A stretch of 59,158 bases of DNA from Octopus bimaculoides (GCF_001194135.2 NC_068986.1:4173307-4232464); one strand, 5' to 3'; shown: positions 12,345-25,120, counted from the first letter of the stretch. Made by a program: numbers and translations. The notes: generated by a model not told the origin, from the sequence alone.

Positions 12345-13022
12345 NNNNNNNNNNNNNNNNNNNNNNNNNNNNNNNNNNNNNNNNNNNNNNNNNNNNNNNN
12401 NNNNNNNNNNNNNNNNNNNNNNNNNNNNNNNNNNNNNNNNNNNNNNNNNNNNNNNNNNNNNNNNNNNNNNNNNNNNNNNNNNNNNNNNNNNNNNNNNNNN
12501 NNNNNNNNNNNNNNNNNNNNNNNNNNNNNNNNNNNNNNNNNNNNNNNNNNNNNNNNNNNNNNNNNNNNNNNNNNNNNNNNNNNNNNNNNNNNNNNNNNNN
12601 NNNNNNNNNNNNNNNNNNNNNNNNNNNNNNNNNNNNNNNNNNNNNNNNNNNNNNNNNNNNNNNNNNNNNNNNNNNNNNNNNNNNNNNNNNNNNNNNNNNN
12701 NNNNNNNNNNNNNNNNNNNNNNNNNNNNNNNNNNNNNNNNNNNNNNNNNNNNNNNNNNNNNNNNNNNNNNNNNNNNNNNNNNNNNNNNNNNNNNNNNNNN
12801 NNNNNNNNNNNNNNNNNNNNNNNNNNNNNNNNNNNNNNNNNNNNNNNNNNNNNNNNNNNNNNNNNNNNNNNNNNNNNNNNNNNNNNNNNNNNNNNNNNNN
12901 NNNNNNNNNNNNNNNNNNNNNNNNNNNNNNNTATTATTTTCAAGTGACAGAAGGACACAAATAATAAAGTGTATATGAGTACTCATGTTGAGTTTTATTT
13001 TCTCTGGTTTGTTTCACCACAG

Positions 13023-13057
<35 letters not shown>

Positions 13058-13329
13058 TGCATGTGCGCGTGTGTGTATGTGTATGTGCGCGCATGTGTGT
13101 GTGTGCACATGTGTGTGTATGTGTGTGTGTGTTTGTATGTTATTGTGTTGTTCAAGACTGAAGCTTCACTCCCTTACTACAAAGAAATGAATAAACTCTA
13201 TTACATGTTCTAAGTACTTTTCCTCTCTAGCACACTTAAATGACTTAAATGACTTAAATATGTATAGTAATATGTATTTATAGTTATCATCCCCATCATC
13301 CCCATCATCATTTTACATTTATATTTTTT

Positions 13330-13850
13330 CTTGCTTGTTGGTCAAATATTCTCCAGCAGTCTTGCCACTTGTTGTGGTTGTTCGTCACCTCCTGATACCA
13401 ACCTTAATTTTTTTTCATATTTTCCTTGTTTTTCTCCGCCTTCTAAAAGATTCCTTTTGCTTTTATTGCTTGACCTTTCTGTACACAAGTGTCATATTTT
13501 GTTCACATCACAACTCAGTATTCACTATTACACACTCTATCTGATTTTTCTTATTTCCAGTTTTTCTCTTGGCTCATTACTGTTCTTCGTTACTGAAGTA
13601 CACTACTTATCCAATGAAGCACGCTCACCTCATTCTTTTTCAGCCTTCACCTTTGTTTTCGGTGTCAGTGTTATGCTAACATGTAACATTACCTTTCATA
13701 TGCAAACACCATGCAATCTACCCTTGACATGGAGACAAAATAACATTAGTTGTAAATCACTCCCTGATCTTTATACACCTCATTCTGACTCTGGTTACTA
13801 TACTTTCAGAACACTTATTTCAACTGCTTGTTAGGTCACCTCAGAAACAG
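13330..13850 (-). mobile_element. Heavily decayed RTE LINE fragment (thumb/C-terminal region)
   Basis: Minus-strand remnants such as GDL..S..CSESIVTRVR and REKLEIRKIR parallel the 12 kb copy. Many stops and frameshifts. Confidence 0.5.
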
Positions 13851-14339
13851 AAGTTATGAAGAATTCATATCATAGGCCGTACACTTATTGCAAACTACTT
13901 TCATGAATCTGTTACATTTGAAGTCCTTCTTTTTCATGAGCCTGCCAATAATCCCCTTCACCTATTGTTCAAGAATATCTTACACTGGATACACCATATT
14001 CAGTTCCCACAAATTCTTTTTCTGCATATCAAGCATAGTCATTTCTTACAAGGGGTACTGTGAAGATTCTGGCTTTAGGCATAAGAAGATACAGGAGTAT
14101 CATTTAAATATGATTTTATTCAACATGTTCTCCTCTCAGATTCATGCATTTATTGCAGCAGTCCTTCAGTTTTTCTAAGCCCTGAAAAATAACTCAGAAA
14201 GTTGGGCTTCCAGCCAGGCCTTTTGCAATACCCTCAAAGCCAGGAACTTTACAGGACCCCCTCATACTTAATAGTAGGCACTGTCTGCTTTTGTGCTGAC
14301 TAAAATATTTTGTCTTTGCTAAAACAGGCACTCACTTTG

Positions 14340-14590
14340 TTGGTTCCAGTCGACCCAATGATAGAACAGCCTGCTTGTGAAATTAACATACGAGTAGCCG
14401 AACACTCTACAGACAGATGAAGTCTGAACATTCTCAGGGAGACTCAGCATGAAACAGAGTGTGATAAGGCTGGCCCAGGAAGCAATGAGAAATAAAGTGT
14501 CTTGCTCAACGACACAATGTGCTATTGGGAATTGAACTTATAACCTTCAACAGTGAACCAAACACCCTAACCCCTAAGCCACATGCCTAG
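14340..14590 (-). mobile_element. SINE family B, decayed
   Basis: Reverse complement similarity to the family B tail (GAACAGCCTGCTTGTGAAATTAAC...CTCTACAGAC) and to a tRNA-like head. Confidence 0.65.
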
Positions 14591-14904
14591 GTTTACTTTA
14601 AAACCGCTTGATTTTAGGATTTGTTTCTATATTTGGAATTTCTTCACTAATACTTTGACATTTCTAGTTATGTAAACTCCATCATCCTCATAGAGAATTT
14701 CCTATTGAAAGCATCTCATAAATTCTATTCTTGCCATGTGAGCTATATAAAGATCTCATGGCCATAAGGAGGGGCTAAGAGCAAAATCTTCATGGTAACC
14801 TACTCCCATGCTAAATACATTGCTGAGCTTGTTGCTAACTTTTACTTTGCTAACTATCTCTGTACACGTAGCTTGTATGGTTCTCATAAATCATTCATCA
14901 ACAT

Positions 14905-15241
14905 TAGTGGTTCTTAACCGTTTTTTACTTATAGATCCCTTTGATTACAATCTTATTCTGGTGGACTTCCACAACCATTCAATGTTTAAAAGCTTGTTTT
15001 TTAGATACTTCTTTCAAAATTCTTATTTTGCTTATCATATATTCACTTGTGTAGGCTGAACTATGTAAAACGCCAGAGAAAGAAATCTAGTTGTTTCTTG
15101 CAATAAATACATCTAAAACAGAATTTTGTCATGGACCCATAAAATATTACTGTGGACCCAATTTACTATTTTGCTTATGTGAACCTCTTAAATCTTATAT
15201 GGACCACAAGGGGTCTTACGGACCCCAGTTGAGAGCCACAG
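14905..15241. mobile_element. hAT-type MITE with 8-bp TSD
   Basis: TIRs TAGTGGTTCTTAACC / AGTTGAGAGCCACAG (CAGTGGTTCTCAACC type). Flanks ATCAACAT and ATCTACAT match at 7/8. Confidence 0.85.
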
Positions 15242-15545
15242 ATCTACATTATCCAATTTTCTTGATGACACCAAACTTTGGAGCATGATACTCTGTGGGA
15301 GACAGCAGCATAGCTAGAGATGGGGTTGGGCAGTCTTTCTCGGGTGATGCTTTTATGTGTTGGAGTGGGGATGGCATTTTTGGGTTTGTTGTATAAACTT
15401 GTATAGGCTTGGGCATTTGAGGGAAGATGGGCAAACTCAAGAGCAATACACACTTTCATAGACTTGGGAATAGGGGGTGCAGTGGCTGCTAGTGCACCCC
15501 CTAAAATTTTGTTAAGGGTGAGGGGGAAATGAAAACACTTTGAAC

Positions 15546-15708
15546 AGTGGCTGTGTGGTAAGTAGCTTGCCTACCAACCACATGCTTCCGGGTTCAGTCC
15601 CACTGCGTGGCATCTTGGGCAAGTGTCTTCTACTATAGCCTCGGGCCAACCAAAGCCTTGTGAGTGGATTTGGTAGACGGAAACTGAAAGAAGCCCGTCG
15701 TATATATG

Positions 15709-15739
<31 letters not shown>

Positions 15740-15962
15740 ATGTGTGTCTGTGTTTGTCCCCCTAGCATTGCTTGACAACCGATGCTGGTGTGTTTATGTC
15801 CCCGTCACTTAGCGGTTCGGCAAAAGTGACCGATAGAATAAGTACTAGGCTTACAAAGAATAAGTCCCGGGTTCGATTTGCTCAACTACAGGCGGTGCTC
15901 CAGCATGGCCGCAGTCAAATGACTGAAACAAGTAAAAGAATAAAAGAGTAAAGAGTAAAGAG
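15546..15962 (+). mobile_element. SINE family A, young near-full-length copy, apparently nested in a Harbinger-like MITE
   Basis: CpGs are retained and head, microsatellite and tail are complete. Flanks GGGAATAGGGGGTGC..GCACCCCCTAA and GCATCCCCCTAA..ATTCCTAC look like split MITE halves. Confidence 0.9.
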
Positions 15963-16397
15963 TATCCTGGGTTTGCATCCCCCTAAGCAAATTTCATTCC
16001 TACATGTTCCAGCCACACCAATGTCCAAAAGCCTTCTCCACATCATTGAATTCTAGTTACAATTCCTTACACCTTGTTAAGAACTCTTCCTGTAATGGCT
16101 TTACAAGGAAAATGGCATAAGTGGTGCTCTGTCATGGCAACAAACCTCAGCTGTAATTTACCTTACTAAATTTTCTTCCTAATTAGCTGTGCAATACTGT
16201 TGCTATCATAACTTGAGAGAGAAGGAAAGAATGTAATGAATGTGAGTCAAAGAATTTTTAGTTGATGATTATTTATAACTTGGATTCTCAGTTCTTGTTT
16301 GTTGATACATATTTGAATATACTGAATGTATCTAAATGGAATGTTTAACTGAGCTGCATTTCACTTTGCCTTGCTCGGAATCTCAATCCTTCATTAA

Positions 16398-18477
16398 CCA
16401 CTTTAAAATAGTTGACGTAAATTTACAGATGCTGTCTACATATTTTAAATAGTTGATGTAAACATATATCACTTCATTTGTGTATTTGCTTTGCCCTTTG
16501 CCATTGTTGATGTAAATATACACTGTTCCCTGAGCTAGCGCTGGTCAACCTAATTGTACACTGACTGATAGGCTGTTTAGATGTATTATCTAAATATTTA
16601 TTCCCCAGATGTAGGCTTTTGTTACTATATAAGTTGTAGTTTAGGTAATGATACCACATTACTACTATGGCTTCCAGTCAACTCAAAACCAATTTGCATT
16701 CTTCAACCAATATTGTAGATGAATCTTGTGGCTGTGCTTGTTGCATTCTGGTCCTACACATAATTTATGGTCGCGTTCTACCACTCCAGCTTCATTATCA
16801 CATCATACCATTCCAGCTTTGTCATGTTTGTCATCACATACGACCACTCCAGCTTTGTCGCCTCCTACCATTCTGGTTCCATCAGTCTTGTTGCATCCAG
16901 CTCCTCCACTGTATTTCCATCCCCATCTGTTTCTTCTCATTCAGATAATAACTCCGAAAGTGAGTACTTCCCTACTACACAATTGGATGGTCCAGGTTCA
17001 GATAGTGATGATGATATTCTGGTAAATCAAAGATACTGGTGGGCAGTAGTGCATAGTCCTGGACAACAGTGTCATGTGGCAACAGGGAGATAATTTTGTC
17101 TAACATCATGGGTTTACTGGTATGCTTGGCATAAAGGCTTGAGCATGGAAGTTCACCATCGGAAATCTTCCATGTATTTTTGACAGAGGAAATGTTCCAG
17201 TATATAACAGACAAAATGAATGACTATGCTGAAAACCATCCCCAGCTGTAATTTACCTTAGTAAATTTTCTTCCTAATTAGCTGTGCAATACTGTTGCTA
17301 TCATAACTTGAGAGTGAAGGAAAGAATGTAATGAATGTGAGTGAAAGACCCAAAAATGCCCCATGCATGGTGGCGATTGGTTTCCAACCACAAGAGACAA
17401 AATCAAAATTCTTGTGCTGCTAATACTGATGGGCATTGGGAAGAAACCAACTCTGGCATCATATTGGACATAGGACCCAGCCATGTCAACACCTTTCTTT
17501 CTAGAAATGATGCCATGTGATCATTTTTTAGTGCTTCTCAGAAATCTCCATTTCAACTCAGGTGAAAACCTAGATGGTACATTACACAAAATACATCCTA
17601 CATAGGATAAAACTTTGGAAGGGGGACACCAATAGTGTCATTCTCGCTCTAGTGTGACAGAACAAGAGAAACATATGCATGTTGTCCACAATGCATTTGG
17701 CAAACATGAAAGACACTAGAAAACTAGATGGGGACAGTAATCTGAAAATGAAACCAAGTGTGGTTATTTCGTACAATGTGGGGATGGGCAGGGGTCAATC
17801 GCTAAGATCAGCAGGCGACAATGAACAAATCAGTAGGAAAATTTGTGAAGTGGTATAAAAAAAATTTATTTGTATATTGGTTGGCATATACATCATCAAT
17901 TCACATTTGATTTGGCAGATGCTTGGAGGTATTGGGGATGGATTGAAATTTCGAGATTTACTATTCTGTGAAATTATAGAAGTGCCAGATCTACTAAGGT
18001 ACTGAACACATGGACGTCTTCATGCCAGACACTCTCTTGCCACATAGTAAAGGGACATGGGAATTTCCCAAGATTGTTTGCACTCACCATAAAGAAGGCA
18101 AATATAGTGAATAGATATGCTGTGTGCAAAATGAAAGGGAAATGAAAGGAAACCAGATATTTTTATTTTTATTGTAATATGCCACTGCGAATGGTACCAG
18201 AATTAATTTTTGTGCAATGTGATTGTATAAGGCTAATACATGAAATTTTTCTGACTTGTGCTAAATACATGAAGTCTATCTGAATTGTGCTGTTGAGTGA
18301 TCTTACTCCTGCATCAGCATCCTGTACAATGATACAGTTAAAGTAAATAAACAGTTCCAGCTTTGAAGCAGTTCACATAAATATATGCCAAATGTTATCT
18401 CACACTAATTTTTGACCTCTTGGCGTGATTGCTGTCGCTGCACCCAGGCTACATAATCCCTCACCACTGAGAAGTGG
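16398..18477 (+). mobile_element. piggyBac (PGBD4-like) transposon relic, ~2.1 kb, with TTAA target sites
   Basis: Ends are TTAA|CCACTT ... AAGTGG|TTAA. Broken frames give SPSEIFHVFLTEEMFQYITDKMNDYA, DWFPTTRDKIKILVLLILMGIGKKPTLASYW, LLRNLHF, DKRNICMLSTMH, KPSVVISYNVGMG, KWYKK and remnants of a Cys-rich C-terminus. Confidence 0.88.
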
Positions 18478-18679
18478 TTAACTTTGGTAGGCCCTCAATT
18501 TCATGCTGTATTTTTTTGGTCAATAACATCAATGTAGTTAACTGGTCTTCATCCATTATTATAAGGGTTACACAAGTCTCCAAAATAGAATGTCCATTAT
18601 GGTCTGGGTATTCAGTATAGCAGTAGTGGCCATGAAAGCCTACGCCATGTTGAAGCAGCAATAGATGGAATCATTATTA

Positions 18680-18860
18680 TTGTCACCATCATTGTCGTTG
18701 TCATTGTTGTTGTCGTTATCACTGTCATCATCATCGTCATCATCATCATCATCATCATCATGATCTTCATTGTAGTTATGATGATGATCATCATCATCAT
18801 TGTCGTCATCATTGCCATCATCATCATCATCATCACCATCATTATCATCATCATCATAAC
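18680..18860. repeat. (ATC)n/(GTC)n compound microsatellite
   Basis: Long imperfect CATCAT run; source of the poly-D and poly-M track ORFs. Confidence 0.9.
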
Positions 18861-19632
18861 TGTCATCATTTAACACCTGGCTTCCATGCTGGCATAGGTT
18901 GGATGGGTTGATAAGATCTAGAGGACTGCAACATGCTTCAGCATCTAATTTAGCATGGCTACTATGGCTAGATACCCTTTCTGATAGCAACTATTTTACA
19001 GATTGTACTGTGTAAGGTATTGCAAGGTAGCAAGACATAGGACTAGAATGCAGAAGGTGGAATATAGCCATAAATCCCAATTTGTTTTGGTATTGTGTCC
19101 ATGTCTGCATAGTGTATGCACCATTAAGGCACTCTTGAAGCTCCTTCTTAGCTCAAATTTCAGTTTCATTGGGGAAAATGCTTTCTACATGTGCCATGAG
19201 GGAGCCTAATCTTGCTGATGTTGAGAAGCTCTTTACAGGCAGTCCACACTTGTCTCTATGCTCAGTAACATAGGACTGAACATGTCCGGTAAGTTCACTA
19301 TCATCAATTCATCACAGGGAAAGTTCACCATAAGGAATGTTCACTGCAAGAAAGGTTCACCATGGGGCAAGTTTACAGAGAGATAAGTTCACAGTAAAAG
19401 AATATAAAAAACTTATTTTTGAACTCTAATGTGTTCAAATCAATGGATAGAAAACTTCATGGTAAAAAAAGATTAAAAAATCTATCATCAATTTATTCAA
19501 AAATTAAATGGATTTAATCAATCAGTTTAATGAACAGAATTTAAAAGATTAATGAGTTTAATCAAAGAAGTAAACCAGATTTCTAATAAGTGATGTTATG
19601 CTCTTTTCCATGCAAGTAGTGACCGATGCAGT

Positions 19633-19951
19633 GGAGGCGCAATGGCCTAGTGGTTAGGGCAGTGGATTCGCGGTCATAGGATCGCGGTTTCAATTCCCAG
19701 ACTGAGTGTTATGAGTGTTTATTGAGCGAAAACACCTAAAGCTCTATGAGGCTCCGGCAGGGGATCGTGGTGAACCCTGCTGTACTCTTTCGCCACAACT
19801 TTCTCTCACTCTTACTTCCTGTTTCTGTTGTGCCTGTAATTCAAAGGGTCAGCCTTGTCACACTGTCACGATGAATATCCCCGAGAACTACGTTAAGGGT
19901 ACATGTGTCTGTGGAGTGCTCAGCCACTTGCACGTTAATTTCACGAGCAGG
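19633..19951 (+). mobile_element. tRNA-derived SINE, family B (3'-truncated)
   Basis: Head GGAGGCGCAATGGCCTAGTGGTTAGGGCAGTGGA..GGTTTCAATTCC with A/B-box-like motifs. Body shared with the copies at 45910 and 47231. Confidence 0.92.
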
Positions 19952-20179
19952 CTTAACGATCAGTATGACAATTTCAACTGGTCTTTGTAGTTCTATCTTG
20001 TATGAATTTTATCACTCACCTTTGAAACTCAGTGGTAGTAATAGGTTGGAAGATTCTAGACTATAACGCAAGGCCATGATAGTGCTGTGTGTGAGTGTGT
20101 GTGTGTGTGTATGTGTATGTGTGTGTGTGCATGTATGTGTTTCAAGCAACTCCATTTAATTATCCTTGTTGTTTATTTT

Positions 20180-20217
<38 letters not shown>

Positions 20218-20444
20218 TAGATAGATAGATAGATAAGCTGCAACCAGAAGCAAGTTTAATTCAGGGGGTTTAATTTCTCATCTGCCACAAATACTCTGAA
20301 TGTATATTATTATTATTATAGATGTTTTCGATCTAGTTTGGATTCTTTACCATCAAATTTGATTGTAAAGAATTCAAATTTGATGGCAAAGAATTCAAAT
20401 TTATGTTAATATCTTAGCTTTCTACATAACTCCCAGTGGATTAC

Positions 20445-21600
20445 TCTCCCTAGGTTGTCATGTCTTTTCTTGTATTCTTTCTGTGCCAGCATGCTACATT
20501 CACTTACTATATAAGTAACCGTCTTATTTTGATTAGCATAGCCTACACTGGGAATCTACTTCGTTGTTGTCTATCTTGGCTGTTATCCAATTAGTCCTTA
20601 ATGCTTGATCTTATGCTGCTACTAACAAACTTTTTATCTCCCTTTCTGTGACTATAACCATGTCTCACTACTACTATTTTCTGCAACTATATTTGGGAAT
20701 CTACCATGCAATGTCTTCTCCTGCCAGTTAGATAACTTCTGTTCTTTTTTCTGGATTTTAAGTCCGTTTGGGTTTTTGGTCTCCCTATGTCTTGCTGTTA
20801 CTCTAGCAGCTTTTAATAAACTTCCGTCACTATTACTTACATAGAAGTCTATATCTACTCTAGCTAACTCTACACAGTCTTCTAGTGGTATTAACCCTCT
20901 TCTGCCTTCCTTTCAAGGTAAGAATAATCTTGCTACTCCTGCCCTTGGGTGGAGTCCTCCATTCATATTGAATTCTTTCCTAGTTCTTCTACCTAGTTTT
21001 GTCAATTCATAGTTTGTACAATCTACAAAAGCTGCTGAGTATCTAAGTAATGATACTGCCAAAATATTTACAGCCTTCGCTAGATTCGGACCATTTAGCT
21101 TTGACTTTATTAGTTTCCTCACCCTTCTGATGTACTCCTCAATTTTCATTTTCATTTCTATAGTTAGTACTCTGTCAGATTCTAATACTCCTAGATATTT
21201 ATAACTCTCTCCTCCTTTCAATGATTTTAATGTCTGGTAATTGGATGCCTTCACTGTTTGACTACCTGTCTCCTTCTCATGACTAATATTGCACACTTAC
21301 TTATCTATTCCAAATTCCATGCCTGAAGAGTCTTAAAGTCTGTATTAAGGAATCTATCTCTTTTTCTTTCTTACTAAAAAGCTTCAGATCATCCATTTAG
21401 AGCAAATGGTTAACTTTTCCCTTACTATTTCTGAACTGATACCCTGCCTTTGCCTTCCTTAATACTAAACTGAGGGGGGATCAAACAAGACAAATATTAA
21501 AGGGGACAACGAGTCCCCCTGGAAAATGCCTCTCTTGATATTAACGTTCCCTAAGAGTTTATCACCTGAGATCTACTTTCTATTCCTTCATACACAGGTT
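20445..21600 (-). mobile_element. R4/Dong-like (restriction-like endonuclease clade) non-LTR retrotransposon relic: RT plus CCHC zinc knuckle
   Basis: Minus strand encodes KRGIFQGDSLSPLIF, VNHLL*MDDLKLF, ESYKYLGVLE...KSKLNGPNLAKAVN...LRYSA, GGLHPRAGVARLFLP and TVTYIVSECSMLAQKEYKKRHD. Confidence 0.88.
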
Positions 21601-21767
21601 GTGTTCCTCTGTCAGGTTTCGGCCTTCTATGACACATGTGGGCTTTGTTCATTTTGTTGGATATTTTCGGTATGAGTTTATTCCTGTGTTTTTGGGGTTG
21701 ATGTAACCGACTAACCCCCGCTCCTAAAGTTTGAGGCCTTATGCCTAATACTAGAGAGGATTATTAC

Positions 21768-21810
<43 letters not shown>

Positions 21811-21869
21811 ATCATCATCATCATTATTATTATTATCATTATTATTTCAGGTGCACCTTCTCTGTAAAC

Positions 21870-22124
21870 CAATGGTTTTCAACCACTTTTTTTAACCATG
21901 GACCCTTTTGACTCCTATTTTACTCTACTGGACTTACATAGCAATTTGCTGTGTATAAAAAAAAACCATCTTACTGTATTTTTATAATTAAATATTATTA
22001 GGAATTGTATAGAATAAATTAAAATATTTTGTGTATTTTAGAAGTATCAGCAATAAATTGCACACAAATTTTAACAACAAAATCTTATATGGATCCCCAA
22101 GGGTCATAAGATTGAGAGCTACTG
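21870..22124. mobile_element. hAT-type MITE, same family as 14905-15241
   Basis: TIRs CAATGGTTTTCAACC / GATTGAGAGCTACTG. 8-bp flanks CTGTAAAC and CTGTAGAC match at 7/8. Internal sequence is shared with the 14.9 kb copy. Confidence 0.85.
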
Positions 22125-22399
22125 CTGTAGACTCTCAGAATAAGTGATTATGAATATTGTTATAATTTTTATTTTCTAATAAAAATACCAATATTGTCCC
22201 AATGAAACTTTTACTCAAAAATGATGACCTAATTTCCTAAGTGGCCTCTTCCTTAAAGTTAAATTTAGATAAATGAAATCTACTAAAAAAAGCTTCCAAT
22301 TATTAAATCTTTTTTTTTCCCTTCATGTTATTATATGAAATTTGATCAATGATGTCTTGTCAGGAGTTTGAAAATCAAGATGTCATATATAACTCATGT

Positions 22400-23550
22400 A
22401 AAGTATAGCAGTTGTGTTGGCAAGAATGGGGTATTCCACCGAATGCAGTCTGCCTGGTTAAATATGTATGTCTAGATTTCTTAACTGTAGATATAGATAT
22501 TACCAGACTTGAAAATCATTCACATTTCAGAATGAATATTTAACAAACTTAGTGTAAAAAAGAAACATTTAAAAATATTGAAAAACTTTGTTTTTTTTTT
22601 AAATGCAGACCACCACCACCACCACCACCACCACCACCATTTTATCCCTACTTTTCTATAGTGAGATGGGGGTCATCATGACCAACTTGGTTATTATTCA
22701 GAGTTACTGCCCTCCAAATGCCATTTTTGTAATCAGGAAGAACATAATGTGAACCAAGCAAAGTTTCTAGCCACTGCTAAAAGGAAAGAATCAACTTTTA
22801 TCAAATTTAAATCTGTTGTATCTACAATCAATTTTCATCGGGGGATGATTAGATTGAGCTGAATCTTGAACAGCTGAAGTCACTCATAGAATTGCCACCA
22901 CATACTAGTGATTCAGCTCTGCAATGAATGTTTGATATGTTCAATTATATGGCCAAGTGGATTCTGTAGTTTTCTGCTAAAGTGAATTTCTTTACAGAGC
23001 TAAAGCATTTCCTCTTGAATCAGAGACCATTACAGCTATTCCTACTTTGAAGAAATTATTTTGAAGAGGTTTTCTCTCTACCCCGTTGAGCTTATCGTCT
23101 TCTTTGTAGTAGAATGCAATGCCTGTTACATGGTAGATACAGTGCCACTTTAAAACAAGTAGGTCAGTCAGTCACACGAAGGATATTTACTGGTAGCAAT
23201 ATTCATTATCCACTTGTAAAGGAAGTAATTGTTAAATCAGAGGCATAGTATTGACTTTAAACGTTCTCTTCAATGTCATACAAGAAACGTATGTCTTTTT
23301 TGCTGCTGTTGATGAATACTCTAATTTCCCTTTTGTTATTCCCTGCAATGATATGACATCCACAACTCTCATCAGATGTCTAGACTAAATCTTATTGCTT
23401 CATAGAATGACAAATTTTTGTTCATTCAGACAAAGGGAGATTATTTATGTTTCAAGAGGTAGTCAAGGTGTTGTATTTTCTAAAGCTACAACTTAACATC
23501 CAATAAGAAACGGTTGAACTGAAAGATATAAAGGCATTATCTAGAAGTTC
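22400..23550 (+). mobile_element. Ty3/Gypsy LTR retrotransposon pol relic (RT connection, RNase H, integrase core)
   Basis: Fragments LIELPPHTSDSALQ*MFDMFNYMAKW, FFVVECNA, and SIDFK..., AAVDEYSNFPFVIPCNDMTSTTLIRCLD, HPIRNG*TERYKGII. The RNase H before integrase order is Gypsy-type. No LTRs recognised. Confidence 0.8.
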
Positions 23551-23607
23551 ACATGCCTTTACATTATTTACATTTTACGGATATCTGTCCTCATCTTGTT
23601 TGTTACT

Positions 23608-23653
23608 GACACAACGTTTCGGCTGATATACCCTCCAGCATTCATCAGGTGTC
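23608..23653 (-). ncRNA. Minimal type I hammerhead ribozyme (Penelope-type)
   Basis: Minus strand reads GACAC-CUGAUGA-AU-GCUG-GAGGGUAUAU-CAGC-C-GAAA-CG-U-U-GUGUC. Perfect 5-bp stem I, intact CUGAUGA/GAAA core, palindromic AACGUU in place of helix III. Confidence 0.75.
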
Positions 23654-23708
23654 TTAGGGAAATTTCGAACCTGGATTCTCATTCCTAAACTATTTTTCGA
23701 TGTTACTG

Positions 23709-23745
<37 letters not shown>

Positions 23746-23894
23746 CATCATCATCATTCAGGTCACAGCTTCGAATCAAACTCAGAATCTTGGGGTTAGT
23801 AGCCCACACTCTTAACCACTATAATAATAATAATAATAATAATAACATCGAAAAATACCTTAGGAATGAGAACCCAGGTTCGAAATTTCCCCAA

Positions 23895-23940
23895 GACACC
23901 TGATGAAAGCTGGAGGGTATATCAACTGAAACGTTGTGTT
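23895..23940 (+). ncRNA. Minimal type I hammerhead ribozyme, second (inverted) copy
   Basis: GACAC-CUGAUGA-A-AGCUG-GAGGGUAUAU-CAACU-GAAA-CG-U-U-GUGUU. Core intact, one mismatch in helix II. Confidence 0.72.
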
Positions 23941-24502
23941 AACAACAAACAAGATGAGGACAAATATCCGTCAAATGTAAATAATGCACATAATTCCTCA
24001 TTTCTTAAATATAGAACTGTATCCACATACCTTGCCATGAAGAGAGAAGAGAATAGGAGGGGCAGGTAAGATCTTGTTGTAGTGGGGTTATGTGGCTACT
24101 CATATTTAGAAGAGAGGCGGAGAATGATCAGTGGAAGCTGCAAGTCCAGATGGTTCCTCAAAGTACAAGGTGAGTGAGGACAGAGGAAGTAGGCGTGTGG
24201 AAAAGTCAGGGTTTACTAGAGAATATGGGAAAGTAAGATATGGAGACAGGTTGAAGGGTGGATGTAGAGAGTGAAGGATGTAGAAGAAAGTCGGGTAGAG
24301 CATCAGGATAATAATAGTGATGGTAATGGTGATGCAGATGACGGAAAGTCGGGACAGAGAAAAGGAATCTAGTTGAAGAAACCTTGCCTGATTAGACTGG
24401 AGCATGGTGCTGCCTCCTGGCTTGCCAGTCCTCTGTCAAATCATCCGACCCATGCCAGCATGAAAAGCGGATGTTAAATGATGATGATGATGATGATATA
24501 TA

Positions 24503-24540
<38 letters not shown>

Positions 24541-24817
24541 CATATATACATATATACATGTATATGTTCATATATATACATATATGTATANNNNNNNNNN
24601 NNNNNNNNNNNNNNNNNNNNNNNNNNNNNNNNNNNNNNNNNNNNNNNNNNNNNNNNNNNNNNNNNNNNNNNNNNNNNNNNNNNNNNNNNNNNNNNNNNNN
24701 NNNNNNNNNNNNNNNNNNNNNNNNNNNNNNNNNNNNNNNNNNNNNNNNNNNNNNNNNNNNNNNNNNNNNNNNNNNNNNNNNNNNNNNNNNNNNNNNNNNN
24801 NNNNNNNNNNNNNNNNG

Positions 24818-25120
24818 GATCGGGGGACCCTGTCAAAGGCTTTCTCCATGTCAACGAAAGCCAGGTACAGAGGTTTATCCTTGGCTAGGTATTTCTCTTG
24901 CAACTGTCTCACTAGAAATAAGGCATCAGTAGTGCTTTTACCTGGCACGAACCCAAACTGCATCTCATCTAAATTGATTCGCTCCCTAATTAGTTGGGCT
25001 ATGACCCTCTCTGTAACTTTCATAACCTGATCTAACAGCTTGATGCCTCTGTAATTATTTGTATCTAAAGCGTCCCCTTTACCTTTGTAGCAGTTGACTA
25101 TGATGCTGCTACACCAGTCA
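24818..25120 (-). mobile_element. RTE-clade LINE reverse transcriptase fragment (runs into gap)
   Basis: Uninterrupted DWCSSIIVNCYKGKGDALDTNNYRGIKLLDQVMKVTERVI...QFGFVPGKSTTDALFLVRQLQEKY...AFVDMEKAFDRVPR. Confidence 0.95.

Noticed and set aside
18612-18990. Poly-Asp and poly-Met ORFs suggesting an acidic (biomineralisation-type) protein
   Set aside because: They come from an (ATC)n microsatellite adjoining an RTE tail, which typically ends in GAT repeats.
19633-19700. tRNA-like sequences at SINE heads (also 45910, 47231, 48851, 51123)
   Set aside because: They continue into SINE bodies with TSDs, and no complete cloverleaf was seen.
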